64,000 bases of DNA. Source: Eledone cirrhosa (lineage: Eukaryota). Positions 11,921 through 26,170 of the stretch are shown here, piece by piece; position 1 is the stretch's first letter; each line of letters starts with the position of its first letter. The notes under the pieces were generated by a model. The model was given only the letters and a program-made list of their open reading frames with translations, was not told the DNA's origin and ran no database searches. A program made the position numbers and the translations under genes. Location: NCBI GenBank assembly GCA_964016885.1, contig OZ024742.1:138136001-138200000 (forward strand), written 5' to 3'.

Positions 11921-13615
11921 ACGTCTGACTCTCGAGCCACTACTGCGGAAGTTGGAACTATTGCAGGCATCCCTCTGGAACCGGGACTGCGTAAAGCGGC
12001 GTCGGCCTACGCTGACGACGTGACAGTAATGGTGTTGAGCACCTCGCAAATCAAGGAAGTCGGCACATTACTGAAGGAATACGAAAGGTTCACAGGAGCG
12101 AAGCTGAATCGGGACAAGTCCGTCGGTTTGCAACTCGGATCGTGGAGAGGCAAACCGATGCCTTCCGATGGCGTCGTCGGACGCTGGACTGAAGGACCGG
12201 TGAAGCTGCTCGGGGTCTGGTTTGGTTCAGACCTCCAGGTGGTGAAGAACTGGAAGGAGGTGACGGCCAAGGTGTTTGCGCTCACCCAGAAGTGGGCCGA
12301 GTGCAAACTATCCTTGTAAGGTCGAGCGGTGGTGGCGAACACTTTTATAGCGTCCGTCATTTACTACCGCTTGACTGTCGTGCCTTGTCCAGCCAAAACG
12401 CCCACCAAATTGGAGCGCGCGCTCTTCCAATTCCTTTTGAAGAAACGGGCTTCTTTGGTGAGAAGATCCATCTGCTGCCAACACCCTTCCAACGGAGGGC
12501 TGGGGAAGTCGTGGCTGACGATGCGCAAACACGCGCTCAGGTTGCGGCACCTCCACGTATTCCTCACCGGACAACCGGTGTGGGGCCCGTTCGTGGGGCG
12601 AGCCTTCCCACGATTCGTCTCGCTGACCGAGCTGCAGTCCTGGGTCAAGAAAAGGCCGAGAAAAATGGGCGACTGGCACATCGGAATTGCTCAGGCCCTC
12701 ACAGCCATCTGGCAGGCGGATCCGGCGATCAGTGGAGACTCCACATCGTCATTCTATAGAGGGTTGGTGCGCAGCAAGTGCGACGACGCGCTCGGAGAAA
12801 CTCTAGCGTAGAGGAAGACGAACTGGCCAGTCTGTTCGGTAGGACCTTCCGCCCGGGACTGATGGATAACTTCGAAAAGTCCCTGGCAGTGCTACCGAGG
12901 AGCTCTACCAGTTCGAGACAAATTCTACAGACATGGGCGCCCGGGAAGGGACCCTTCGAAAAAGATCTGTCCTAGATGCGTTCGAAACGAAGAAACCGTC
13001 GCGCACGCATTCGTACACTGCCCGGGCGTTACTGACCTGTGGGGCTATGTAGAACGACTATTGTCGCGTGTGGGACCAATCCGATTGACCACCGAGTCCA
13101 TTGTCATGATCAAACCGCCACCCTCCTTCAAAAACGAAGGAGAGGCGATTTTCCTTTGTGTGATAGCTATGGCGAAAGAGGTTGCATGGTGGAGGAGGTT
13201 AAAAGGGATGAGGTCAGACACCTTTCTCTCCGGCCAACAACTAATTCATTTTTTCAAATACCACTTTGGAAGAAGAATCAGGATGGAGACAGAGGTGCTA
13301 TACCTCCGCAAGTTTTATGAAAGGTGGGTGAAAGTCGCGAGAATGGCCCGAGTGAATGGGGCTTCTCTCTATATATCAACCTGTAAGTTGAGGAAAAGAG
13401 GAGGGGGTACTCTCTCTTCGTACTCCTGGAGATGAGGGTGGCACATTTTTTTCGGGGGTGTGTGTTACCCATATGTAATGTCACCTCCTATTGGGGAAAA
13501 TCGATTAATTTTTAAATTGCATTTGTGATAATATTTAACACGTTTTTATTGTATCTAAACTTCCCTGTTTGTATTTGTCCCCTTCTTTTGTGCCCCTGTG
13601 GCTAATAAAGAAACA
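11921..13615 (+). mobile_element. 5'-truncated second copy of the same Tx1-like LINE, in tandem
   Basis: Starts just before YADD and is highly similar to 10260-11890. It ends AATAAAGAAAC followed by (CTAT)n. Confidence 0.9.
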
Positions 13616-13744
13616 TATCTAACTATCTATCTATGTGTGTATGTATGCGTGTGCGTAGAAAGAGTGAGAAAGAGAGAGGGAGAGAAAGAGAGCGCGATGG
13701 AAGTGGGCGCGAAAAACAGAGAGAGCGTAAGAGAAGGAGAACGT

Positions 13745-14368
<624 letters not shown>

Positions 14369-14907
14369 TAAATGTGAGACAGATAGTTATACATCAAGAT
14401 AAGGAGAAAGAATTGGCGTAGGTAGTAAAAGCAATAATTGCACTGGTAAAACCAGCCTTTGCCGTTATTGATTTTACTAATAATAGACAAGTTGAGGTAA
14501 ACACAGCAGAGAAAATGGACGACGTTACACTATCATTCTTCATGCATAAAATATATACTAGAACGTATACACTATACAACTCAACAGAAGTAATGTCCTA
14601 TAGATGCACTACTTCAATAAAAGTTGTATGTACACCTATACAAACGCACACAGATACTCATCATGCATAAACATAATTTGATGTGTGTATATTCATGATC
14701 ACACACACACGTTTATATACATAGAAAGAGTGAAAGTTTGTGTATCTCTGCGTGTGAAGCCTAGTGAGTAGGCTTAGTGAGTAGTCTGTTTGTCTCACAA
14801 TCGTAAAGTCGTGAGTTCGATTCGCGCAACACCTTATTTCACGTCGCGCTAGTGTATTCATATATATATAATTAACAAATACTCTATCGTTCTACATGGC
14901 TGAATAA

Positions 14908-15227
14908 AATAAATGTAATTTGAGTTTTTCGAATATTAATAATAATATTCGATTCGTTTGCAATTATGACATGGCTTAAAAAGAGGCTGTTTGCATAATT
15001 GCAAACGAATCGAATATTATTATTAATATCGTTAGAGCGTCGGACGCCATGCTTTCTAGCATAGTTACGTCCCTTTACAGTCTCGAGTTCAAATCCCGCC
15101 GAGGTTAACTTTGCCTTTCATCCTTACGGGGTCGATAAAATAAAGTACCAGTAATGTACTGCGTAATTGCTGGCCTTGTGCCTAAAGTAGAAACAATTAT
15201 TAATATTCGAAAAACTCAGATTACATT

Positions 15228-15231
<4 letters not shown>
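14908..15231. repeat. AT-rich palindrome (~60-bp arms) interrupted by a SINE
   Basis: AATAAATGTAATTTGAGTTTTTCGAATATT...GCAATTATG pairs with CATAATTGC...[SINE]...AATATTCGAAAAACTCAGATTACATTTATT. Confidence 0.8.
15030..15197 (+). mobile_element. tRNA-derived SINE, 5'-truncated, with target-site duplication
   Basis: B-box GAGTTCAAATCC and core AACTTTGCCTTTCATCCTTACGGGGTCGATAAAATAAAGTACCAGT; ATTATTAATAT is repeated on both sides. Confidence 0.85.
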
Positions 15232-15279
<48 letters not shown>

Positions 15280-16384
15280 GGGATGTACCCGTAATTAGAA
15301 GTGTCAGCATTTCCCGTCCTGTGTCAACTTTATTATGAACGAGAATCAGTTTACGAATGCAAGCTTTTGTAGAATTCTCAGCCACGTTTACTATAAGTAA
15401 ATGAAAAAGCATTACATGTAAAATTAATAACTACAATACTTTAAAAGCTATGGTAATCAATGTAACACTTTGCAAAGTATATGCGCATGTTTGATGGCTG
15501 ATGCTAGATAGTAAAAAAAAATGATTAATTTATTTCATTTTCTTTTTAGTGCGGTAGAACATGTACCAAAGCTGGAGAGTATGTCCTACATTAAAACAAG
15601 GTTAACACATTGCAGTTGTGGAGATTTAGTATAGTAATACTAGACGAAATCAGCTGCTCTTCTCTCTTATGTTCATTGAATCTCAATGACAGGAGATTCA
15701 CATATATCAATTTCCCATGAATTATATATAACATATAGATCTAGGCTTAATATAAAATATGGATCAAGGAATTGGTAAATTTATAGGCGTGTGTCTTTTC
15801 ATTTCTCCATAGTTTTACCTACTGGCTATAAGTTCGAGATTTGCGAAGAAATGTAGCAATGTTGTATTGCTAGTACCTGCAGGCCTTATTGTAGCACTAA
15901 CGAAATATTGATACTGCCAACAATGCTGGTCACATTAATGACATTGGTATTCAGGTTGAACTTATCATACATTGATGTTCCTGAATGCACTAAATTAACC
16001 AAATAGGACTATATCACCATCGAGCATTCAACAATTTGTAGTAAGAATGAGTAAAAATGTTTACTGCATCGCCATTATTTCATAGATAACATGTTGTCGC
16101 TCGAATTCTAAACAGTTTTACCTGATCGAATAAAATACATTGCGGCATTCATTTAAATAATTTACATTCTGAGTTCAAATCAAATTCTCCGAGGTTTAAT
16201 TGATTTATATTTTCCCAAGTGCCCATAAATGAGTAGAGTGGACTCGTAGACACGAACCTAATCAACTATACTGTGGTTCAAGTAATAAGAATCAATATGG
16301 TTGTTTGAAATCAGTATTGTTGAAGAAGTTGTTGCTCTAGTTGTTGCTCTTGTTATTGCTGAGGCCAACGTCATCGAGAACAAA

Positions 16385-16860
16385 CTAACCAGCCTGTCCA
16401 GGAGAACTTTCTATCGGGGCACTATGGGCAATTTCCAGAAATCTCTGGCCTGGTAGTACTGCCGGAGGGCACGACCGGTTTGAGACAAATTCTACAAGCA
16501 CGGACTTGCTGTCAGACGGGCTTGTCCGAGATACATACAGGATGGTGAAATAGTTATGCACACCCTCCTCAAGATTCCAGGCATTGCTAACAAGTGGAAT
16601 TCTGTCGAACAATTGTTATCGTGTGTATGACAGGCCCGGCAACTGGCCAAATTCATCTTGAAGATCATTACGCAATCTTCTTTTACTCTGGAAGGACAGA
16701 CATTTGTGTGTGCCTGGTGGACGTCGCGAAAGAGGCTGTGTTTTGGACGGGACTGAAACAACTTAAGACAGGCACTTTCTCCTTTGGTTAAGCTCCCTTC
16801 AACCTTTTCAAGTTGATAGTGGAGAGGTAACCGAGATATGGAGTTCGATTCCTCATATCG
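16385..16860 (+). pseudogene. Decayed 3' fragment of Tx1-like ORF2
   Basis: Matches the GPMDNFQKSLAW..RDKLY..CPR..FVCLV.VAKEAVFWTGLK segment of the other copies. Confidence 0.7.
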
Positions 16861-17584
16861 GCCGATGGCAACTTCTGCTTCGTCTTTAAAGTGCATTCAC
16901 CATATTTCATAAGCTTTTTATAGCATCACCGTGCATAACTACATCATACTTTATATTCATTTTATCTTTGCTGCACTTTGTAATAGTCCGTGCGACCGAC
17001 CAAGTATACACAAATTTAACTATTCCTAACAACTGGCTCAACTAATTGTATCCTCCATTACTTTTATTTTCCTAGAAATAACAGCTAAATCTTCCTTGAA
17101 TCACAAAGATCGATCTTGTCATATATCTTTTCACGGTGAGCGAAATATGAGGATAGCTATGAATGGAAAATCTTTGATCACAGCTTTGTGCTAAATAAAA
17201 ACAATGAAAATGTTCCGACATTATACCATATCACTTTCAACTCACTTACTGTTCATATACAATGAGGAATTGCATAAATATCACAACATCATGTTCCTTC
17301 CTTGCCAAAACAGCTTGATTGCTGCAAGGAAAACAATGCAAATTTTATTGGAACTAGTATATTCGTTGTTATTTTTGTCGTTCAGATACACTCAACTGCT
17401 GCATCAATAAATCCAGCAGCGCTTGAAGCAGTAGTTATATCTGTAGGAATACAAGAAGGTACAGAATCAACATCAGCAACATCATTAGCTTCAGCAGCAG
17501 CAGTAGTAATGGTAGCATGTGCAGCAAACGTAAAAGCAGGAATATTATTCTACCTGCATGAACAGCAGTACTGGTTGCAAAAGA

Positions 17585-17640
17585 AAACAGCAGCAGCAGC
17601 AACAACAGCAGCATCAACAGGGACAGCAGAAGCAGCAGCG

Positions 17641-17723
<83 letters not shown>

Positions 17724-18013
17724 TGTTGTTGTTGTTGCTGTAGTACCTGTACAAGTAGTAGTAGTAGCAGTAGTAGTAGTAGTTGTTGTTGTTTTTCTAG
17801 TACCTGTAGTAGTAGTAGTAGTAGTAGTACCTGTTGTAGGAGGAGGAGGAGGAGAGGAGGAGAAGAATGTTAGTAGTAGGAGGGGTGGAGGAGGATAAAA
17901 GTAGCTGCAGTAGCATTAGTAGTAACAGTGTTATAAATAGGATCAGCAGTACGAGTAGCAGTAGCAGTATAACTATTAGCAGCAGCAACCGAAGCAGCAT
18001 ATTCAGCTTCAAC

Positions 18014-18063
<50 letters not shown>

Positions 18064-18072
18064 CAGCAGCAA
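17585..18072. repeat. Compound (CAG)n/(GTA)n/(GTT)n/(GGA)n trinucleotide microsatellite region
   Basis: Directly visible. Confidence 0.9.
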
Positions 18073-18539
18073 TGTTATGTTGAGGATATGATGCCGTGGT
18101 TGTTGTTTAGTCCAAGTTGTCCACGCTCTTTAAACCACCTATGTGCAAATTTCGGCAAAAGTCACCACTAGGTGTATATAAGATTAGAATATTTATTATC
18201 GTTTCTTAGAAAATGATTCTGAAATTATTTTGAAATATTTCTAGCGTGTTGAACGGCCACGTGGGGTCTTCTTTGTTAGCCTACATGAAACGTAGCTGTA
18301 GATGTAGGAATAATTCAAGGAAAGCAGAATGGGAGGAACGGTTATGTAACAATAGAGATCGTATAATCAACGAAAAGTATATTTGATAAAAAGTTAAATT
18401 TATTGACTTATAGTGATTGACTGCATGTCCTTCAACGTACCTAGTATCTACGTCTCACTTGAAGAAAAGATTATTGTAGATAACTAAAATCAATTTGCTG
18501 GGGTTTTCTGACATTAACCATGTAATACGTATATCAAAA

Positions 18540-18830
18540 TTCTTCTTCTTCTTCTTCTTCTTCTTCTTCTTCTTCTTCTTCTTCTTCTTCTTCTTCTTCT
18601 TCTTCGCTCATTTATTCCTTGGAGGGTCGTGGGGGAAGTGTCTTCAGACACTCCGTTTATCCGGTCCTTTCAGAATCAACCGTCTTCATTCGATCCGCCT
18701 GGACCCCCAAACGGGACCAAACAACTTCATGAATGTTATCCAACCATCTTTCTCTGAATTTACCCCTGGGTCTCCTGCCAGTTTGTTTTGCCCTTAAAAT
18801 CTCTCCAGCAATTCTTTCATGAGACTATCT
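18540..18830 (-). mobile_element. Probable 3' remnant of an RTE-clade LINE with (GAA)n tail
   Basis: The minus strand has a degenerate GRPR..W-type C-terminus followed by a (GAA)n tail, as is typical of RTE 3' ends. Confidence 0.35.
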
Positions 18831-20059
18831 AACCACAAACCCGAATTATCGGAGCTGTGATCTATAAATTTGGAGTAGTAGCTGCTTTACCTGGAACAAC
18901 TCTGTGATCTCCGAGCTACACACTCTATCGAGTAATGTTATTCCAGAAGCTTGGAAAGAAGACACAATAATGATAAATATTCCGATCGAGTGACTGCGAT
19001 ATCACATATTTGAACATGTATAGAGCCGCTAGAATCAACGTTGATATACGATTAGCATATATGTTATCTTCCTCACGAATCACATATATTCCGTAACATC
19101 TTTGAAGAAAGACAAGTCCCACAAGCTTAAAAGGAAGCTTCTAAGGATTCACTAGATCTGTAGGGCATGGCAGCCACATACCTGTCAAAGATGTTTCAAC
19201 AAAATTATAAAATGAAAATACTGGATAATGCGATTCGAGATACTCAAAGAGAGGAAACACTACAAATGGCCACATCTGAAAAACACATTTCCCATATGTC
19301 CGCTTTCTCAGGTCTAACATAGTATAAAATAATATAGAGAACTATGAATGCCATACTGAATAATATTTTTTTTCTAAATTGTTTCAACTTAGAGGAAAGC
19401 AAACATACCTACAACATTATATGGCACTCAGGTATTCTTATTATATCTCCTTCGAGGTGGTTGAATTATTAAGAGTTGAATTTAGATATTAGGCCACTGG
19501 ACTAAATATTAGAGTATGTTCAAGGACAGTCTTCTAACGATAATGATAAAAACAAAATCAATGATATGGGAAGTAGCAATAAGAAGAGCAATTCAGATCA
19601 ATAAAGAGAAACGGTAAAATATGAAACTGTATCAACTACACTCAAATTAGACACAGCAGTTGCAAGATCAATAACTGACTTTGTAGCAACAGCACTCATG
19701 CTGATAGCTCTAAACATAAGCCCAGTCAACTTGATTGTTACAACAACATTTACAATATTTCAGAAATAACAGGGAAACCTGTACAAATGAGTATTAGGTT
19801 TTATGGTAATTTCTGGTGTAGCTACACGATTCGCTAACAATACTATTTCTTAGAGCAAGATGTAAGAGCATCATCCACGGTAGCAGTACGAAAAGTAGCA
19901 ACAGTCAAAAGGCTCCAGAGTTACACTTTGACCGAAAGTCTCATCGAAATGCTTGCATGAGAGTTAAGTGTGCAAATGAATCCATTTGCCAGTTGGTGGT
20001 GTTAAACTGGGGGGCGGAATATATCAACAGTAGAAAGGAACTGTAATAATCCTGTTGAT

Positions 20060-20203
20060 GTTATTCTAGTTTTTTCTTGTTGATGGTTTTGGTTCTGTGT
20101 TGATGGTGCTTGTGTAGCTACTGTTGCTGTTACCGTTACTTCTATTTCAGTTTTAATTTACTACTACTACTACTACTACTACTGCCACTACTACTTATAC
20201 TAC

Positions 20204-20263
<60 letters not shown>

Positions 20264-20490
20264 CAGTAGTAGTAGCAACAGCAACAGTAGTAGTAGCTGT
20301 TTTGTACTACAGTAGTGAGAGAATCATTATTCTTTTGAGACTTCTTAATTCGTATTTATATGTTGTCATTTAACTCACTTCTGGTCCTTATCAAGAATAC
20401 ATGCCATGTCTACCCTGTCAGCTTAAACATTGTGTATTCGGGGTTACATTATGCCATGTTTCCTTTGGGTGGATACGCAAATGAGAAATT
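20060..20490 (+). repeat. Diverged local duplication, inverted partner at 27035-27615
   Basis: CTGGTCCTTATCAAGAATACATGCCA and flanks are reverse-complemented at ~27100-27126, with the microsatellite at the same position. Confidence 0.8.
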
Positions 20491-21307
20491 CTTCTTCTTC
20501 TTATTCTTCTTCTTCTTCTTCTTCTTCTTGGGAGGGTCGGGGGGGGGGGCAGAATCCTTATATATACTTTTCAGCGAGTCCTGTCAGATGCAACCGTCTA
20601 CAGTTGAAACGGCTTTACCTGGAGTGATTCTCCTATCTCCAAGCTACGCGTAATATCAAGTAACGATTTCCAAAGACCCTGAGCTGTTATAATGATATCG
20701 AATGACTAATACCAATTGCAACAGCTGTTTAATGCGGCTGTTGAAACTGAGCCTGTCACATAAACGGCCAAAGGAGTCAATAATTTGCAGCAGCATCCAC
20801 AGTAGCATTTGTAGGAAAGACATGATCAACTACAATTTGAACAAAACATTGAAAGCAACACTTTCTCCTCAGTCAGAAAACAACAATAGAATCTATCATA
20901 GATTTTGTATTAAGTTGCTATCATCAATAGCTGTAGTCCGAAGTAAATGCTTCGGGTTAATCAACTGAAGCACTACGGATATTGTAGCTTTAATCCAAGC
21001 ATCCCTAGTAACATAGAAATGTAACAGGTCAATCAGTTTTCTTACTTACACATGTGTCAGAAAGCACAAATGTAATCTTATACATAGATGAATTTTTTTA
21101 TTCCGTATAATGATGTTTGATTAAGGTACAAGCCCAACAATATTTGGGGGAAGAAAGTCAATTAAACTTTATATTATTGTAAATATGAAAGGAAAAGTTA
21201 ACCTCGGTGTTATTTGAACTCAGAATATAAAAGACTGTAAATCTATTCTGCAAACCATGTTTGACGCTCTGCCGACACTGCGAACCCACAGGCCTTCTAT
21301 AATCGAG

Positions 21308-21870
21308 AGGGTGGTCTGAAAGACTTGTCACCCCTTCTCACACATTGTTTTAACTTTCGCTATTTTTTGTTTTAATAATATAATATGTAATATCTTTAAT
21401 TAAAATATATAATAATAATAATAATATGATTTTCTATTTCAGAGCTTCTACAGTTTGGAAGAGAGGCTGCTTGTATGGACACATGATTATGTGCAGTCTG
21501 GCAAGAGCATGGAGTATGTGTGACATGACTTCATTGCAGCTCAATAACAGCAAGAGAATCAACAAATCTTTCATTGTGGATTGGCAGTATCGGTAGAGGG
21601 TCGGACGCCATGCTTTGACGCATAGAGTTACGGCTCTTGCCATTCTGAGTTCAAATCCTGCCGAGGTTAACTTTGCCTTTCATCCTTATGGGTCGATAAA
21701 AGTAATACACTGAGTAATTGCTGGCCTTGTGCCAAAAGTAGAAACAATTATTTCCAACAATGAGCCAGTTCGTAGTTACCAGCTCCTCTGAAGAGGACGA
21801 TACTGCGATGGGAACATAAACTGTTTCTCATTACTTTTTGTTAGGGGGTGACAAGATTTCGGCCACCCTG
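21308..21870. mobile_element. Tc1/mariner-type MITE remnant containing a SINE
   Basis: Imperfect TIRs AGGGTGGTC.GAAA..CTTGTCACCCC and GGGGTGACAAGATTTCGGCCACCCTG, with TA after the right TIR. Confidence 0.6.
21576..21748 (+). mobile_element. tRNA-derived SINE
   Basis: A-box-like TGGCAGTATCGG, B-box GAGTTCAAATCC, conserved core and ATT tail. Confidence 0.85.
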
Positions 21871-23053
21871 TATAATTAAACCCACTTATTACGTCTAAGT
21901 CACACATTTCTTGGGAGAGGTGGAGTTCAGTTTCAGCTTTAGAATCTAAGAATCATAGGTATTATTTTAGTTATCATACTGCAATTACATAATTGAATGC
22001 TGTATTTTAGAGCAACATGACCCAATAATTCACCACTCCCACTTCTAGAAATTCGTGATAATACATTGGTACACTATTTTAGAAAGGAAAAAACAAACAA
22101 AGGACATAAAGCTATCACTACCGGAAAACATATGCACAAGACATAATATTGATTTTTCGAAGAAAAATAAAACGGTAATAATATTGATGTAAACATGCTT
22201 AGCGAAATGAAAAAAGCCAATAACAACAATCTTATACAAAGGCATTTACAGAGCATACGTGATAGTGTCTTCAGGAACAGGTTTGAGAATGTTGCACCAC
22301 TTTCGCAAATTTTGTGACATGGAAAGTATCCACTCATTTTGGCTTGATGATTTACTCCGATATCGGACAAGGAGACCTGTGATATGCCATAGCCTAGTGA
22401 AGAAATGTACGCTAACTGTATGTATTAGAAGAGGCAAATGGGGGAAAATATGATGTTTGTGAACCAGTATGTTGTTCATCGAGCAGCAGAAAAGATACAG
22501 CAGTATCTATCTAGTATTCGATTCCGAGGGTGAGGCGAAAAAAAGCAGGGATAATGCGACATACATTCATAGCACGATGCAGAGAGAAGCGCGGCGCTTC
22601 CTTTTCCTTAGTGTATTTTTCAAGATTGCATGAGGCAGTCATATGTTTGTTATGAAAATAAAAGGAAATGTAAAGGGAAATGATTTGTGTTTATTGGAGA
22701 GGCGAAAACATGACCAGAAAACGTCATGAGACATCCGAAAAAGAGATATTAACAATAGATAAATATACCTACATGAGGGCGTGGGATCATGAGCGCCTAG
22801 TTTCAAATATATGAAATAATTAACGCAGAGTTAGATGGCTAGAAAACGTAAAGTTCACAATTCTTCTTAGAATAAACACGAAAGAGTTATAACTATTAAA
22901 TGAACTACAGGAAGAACGAGAGAGGTGTTTGGGAGTAAATTAGGTAGATTTTGTAATACACTGGTAGTCTATTAAAACCTTCTATAACACTTTCTAAGGA
23001 ATGTAGATACCCTTTGCAATAACATATTTACATTATTTCTGGGTACAAGGCTG

Positions 23054-23268
23054 GTGGATTGGCAGTATCGGTAGACAGTCGGACACCATGCTTGGCAGCA
23101 TAGAGTTACAGCCCTTTATGATCTGAGTTCAAATCCCGCCGAGGTTAACTTTGCCTTTCATCCTTACGGGGTCGATAAATAAAGTACCAGTCACACACTG
23201 GGGTCGATTTGATCGACTTTCGCCTCACCCGAAATTGCTGTCCTTGTGCTTATATAAGAAACCATTAT
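23054..23268 (+). mobile_element. tRNA-derived SINE (longer variant)
   Basis: Same A/B boxes and core, with an extra GGGGTCGATTTGATCGACT segment. Confidence 0.85.
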
Positions 23269-24764
23269 TCATGGGTACAGTTGTAAGGTGTTTTCTCCTA
23301 AATTATCTTGCGGTTTACCACGCACGTGTAGCTCAATTAACCTCCTTTTCCTTCATGTCTTTTATAAACAATGTATATTTTTTTAGTTATGACAAGTTAT
23401 AAATATCTTTTTATTTGATATGTTTAATCTATATACGATTTTTAGCCTGTCCTATTTGTTTATTCGGTAACATTTTTCACCTTCTCAACATATTTACATA
23501 ATTTCTACTGTCCATCGACATACGCTTCAAATACATATTTAGTTCATTCTTTTTTTTTCTGTAACTACGAACTTGCCCATTGTTGGAAATAATGAAAGAT
23601 TTGTTGATGCTCTTGTTATTATGAACGGACGAGCTTTCTCTACCTTCTCTTTCGGTAGAATTTGGATTTTTTTTTGGCAAATGCTCCTGAAAGGAAAACA
23701 GCATTAATTTTTTTTTCAGCCAATCTATCAGGAACAATTTGGATGTCTTCCCATATCACTCTTGGACATAATTTTACTTCTCTGCTTGTATTACAACCAA
23801 CATAAAATGGCTTTCAGCCAGAAAAATGCTCTCTGAAGCAAACATGAACATGAACATTAATACAAAGGGAATAATTATAAAAGTTAGCATGGGGGGGAAT
23901 TTAAGTTCACGTTTATATTTACGGAAACTGTAAAAAAAAATTATATTTGAACTGTTAAAAATGTTAATATGGAAAATATGAACGGATTCTTAACAACAAC
24001 AAAAACAACAAAAGCGCCAGCAAATACAGTAGCAACAGCAATAACAATGCACACATGCATTTTTTTGCCAAGTTCAGAAACAGGGGAAAATATCAGTCAA
24101 ACAACAAACATAATTAACGTGAACCGCTTGACCCAGGAAGGAAATCAAATCTGCTTGGCAGGAGTTTGCGCCCAGAAGCATTTAGACATAAAGAATTTCT
24201 CCTATCTCTGTATCGTCAAGACCAAGGTTCAGTCTTTTCTCAGTCTTGGCCGAAATACATACGGGTTAGTCTGCCTCATTTTAAAAACTAAAGACGCGAC
24301 AAAGAAGCAACTTGAGCTGATGTGTCAGAGACCGCCTCAAATAGTAACTTTACTGGAGAGTGAGATAGAAAGGGTGTTGGCACTGATGGTGACCTTTCGT
24401 TTATCATCAACTTTTATTACAGGGGAAGAGTGTTAAGTCAACCAAGAACGATATATTCAAGTTCACATGTCCGCGAGATCACAGAATGTTATTCTGGACT
24501 TGTGGTATCTGAAGTAGATGCAAGGAAGTCACGACGTTTGTGATGAAAAGCAGAATGCCTAGCTGCTAAATAAGATTGCCCGACGCTCTAACATTAAACC
24601 TTTCGGGCAAATGCTTTGTTATATTTGTTCAGACAGTGGCGTTTTAAGTTTAAATCCTCCCGTGGACAGCTTTCTGTTCCACTCTTCTGAGATAGCATAT
24701 AAAGAATCAATAAAGTTTTCCTTCATCCAACATTGCTGGCATTGTGCCAATATCAGAGATAATT

Positions 24765-24925
24765 GTCTCTACATTTGGCACATGGTCAGTAATTTGAAGG
24801 GAAAGGGTGAGTCAATTAAATCTACCTCAGTGAATAACTAGTACTTTATTTTATCGACTTCGGAAGGAAGAAAGGCAAAGCTAACCTCGCCGGGATTTGA
24901 ACCCAGAACGTAAATGACCGTAACT
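24765..24925 (-). mobile_element. Decayed SINE copy (other decayed copies at ~16160, 21170, 24600, 26430-26740, 37915)
   Basis: GTACTTTATTTTATCGAC...AAAGGCAAAG..AACCTCG...GGATTTGAAC is the reverse of the SINE core. Confidence 0.7.
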
Positions 24926-25869
24926 ATTCACCGCCCTAGTATATAAATACATGGCGATAAAACAATTGTATCATTTTTATGCACATTTTTATTTAAAGGG
25001 AAGGGAAAAGTTGATTGCATCGACTTTTCCCTTCTCTTTAAATTGCTGGCCTTGTGTCAAAAGTACAAACAATTATTATTATTCGTTTCTCAAGTGGTCG
25101 ACAGGTAGATTTTTGCTCCATGTCTTTTGAGGTTTTTCACCTTTCTTTTTTTCAAAACATCCCTTGTATTTTTTGTTACATAGGATAAATACTTTTCGTT
25201 CCAAAAAGGAGAATCCATCATATTTGGGTTTTCGGCCCTAAAATTGCATCCACATATTACGTTCCTACGCCACACATTACTCCCCTATGAATTGTTTGAA
25301 AAACAAATGGAAGCGTCCATCTACTATACACACTTACACAGAAAAAAGTATAGTTAAAAGCTACTCGAAAAGAGCAAGCTGGAATTTGTCGATGGTAGCC
25401 AGAATACAGAGGTGAAAAATATCAACTTCATACCACCGGAACCACCTGCAACAACATTGTAACGAACACCACTGCCGCCTACAATAACAACAGTAACAGT
25501 AGCAACAACATCAACACAACTACCGCTGCAAATTTCACGGAAAATAGCACCCCTCGCTGGCTGCCAGCCAGCCGCTCTAACAACCAGCCAGTCAGCCAAC
25601 AAATCAACAGATCAATCAGCCAGACAGCCAACCAAACTCCAAACTGTTTAAGCGCCGGCTACTTAGCAAACCAGGCTTCCAGCTAACCACTCAGAAAACA
25701 AACAAGACGTTTGATGGTGCTGTAAAAAAAGTAGAAAAAGTTGCATACGACGAAGACCTGCTAAAAAGAAATCGACTCCAGGGTGAGAAAAATGGCCACA
25801 GAATTGCCTTCTAAACCCCATAAAATATAATTGAGGGGATACGTCTAATTGCACTTAAATATAGAACAA

Positions 25870-26170
25870 TAATTGCCGAGTGGTGGAAGGTCGATGGTGC
25901 CACTACATGGGCCAGCCGACCTGATTTCTTCAGGTGTCAGGAGAACTTTCTAGGAACATCTTTAGTGTTAGTGGGGACTTTGTGGAGATAGCACATAGGA
26001 GTGGTGAAAAAGCTTCACAAACCTGCTAAGACGTTTCCAACTGTCTGAGAGGTACCGACTTGATTTCCCGATTGTGCCAATGTGGAAATCGTATTCTGTT
26101 GAGAAGTAGAGGTCGGTCACAGTTTAAAATACTCGACTACACAGAACACATTTTTTTATGTGTACAGAGA
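25870..26170 (+). pseudogene. Decayed APE-domain fragment of Tx1-like LINE
   Basis: Similar to 8160-8500 (FF..LE.FLGTS..L.GD, DRYRLDFP..PMW). Confidence 0.5.

Noticed and set aside
14752-14835. tRNA gene
   Set aside because: It has a B-box (GAGTTCGATTC) but no convincing cloverleaf; more likely a decayed SINE head.
17302-18091. Poly-Ala/Val/Ser ORFs (also 20.1, 27.2-28.2 and 42.0-42.8 kb)
   Set aside because: Trinucleotide repeats with no domain signal.
22074-22960. Possible decayed coding sequence
   Set aside because: I could not assign any motif; needs blastx.
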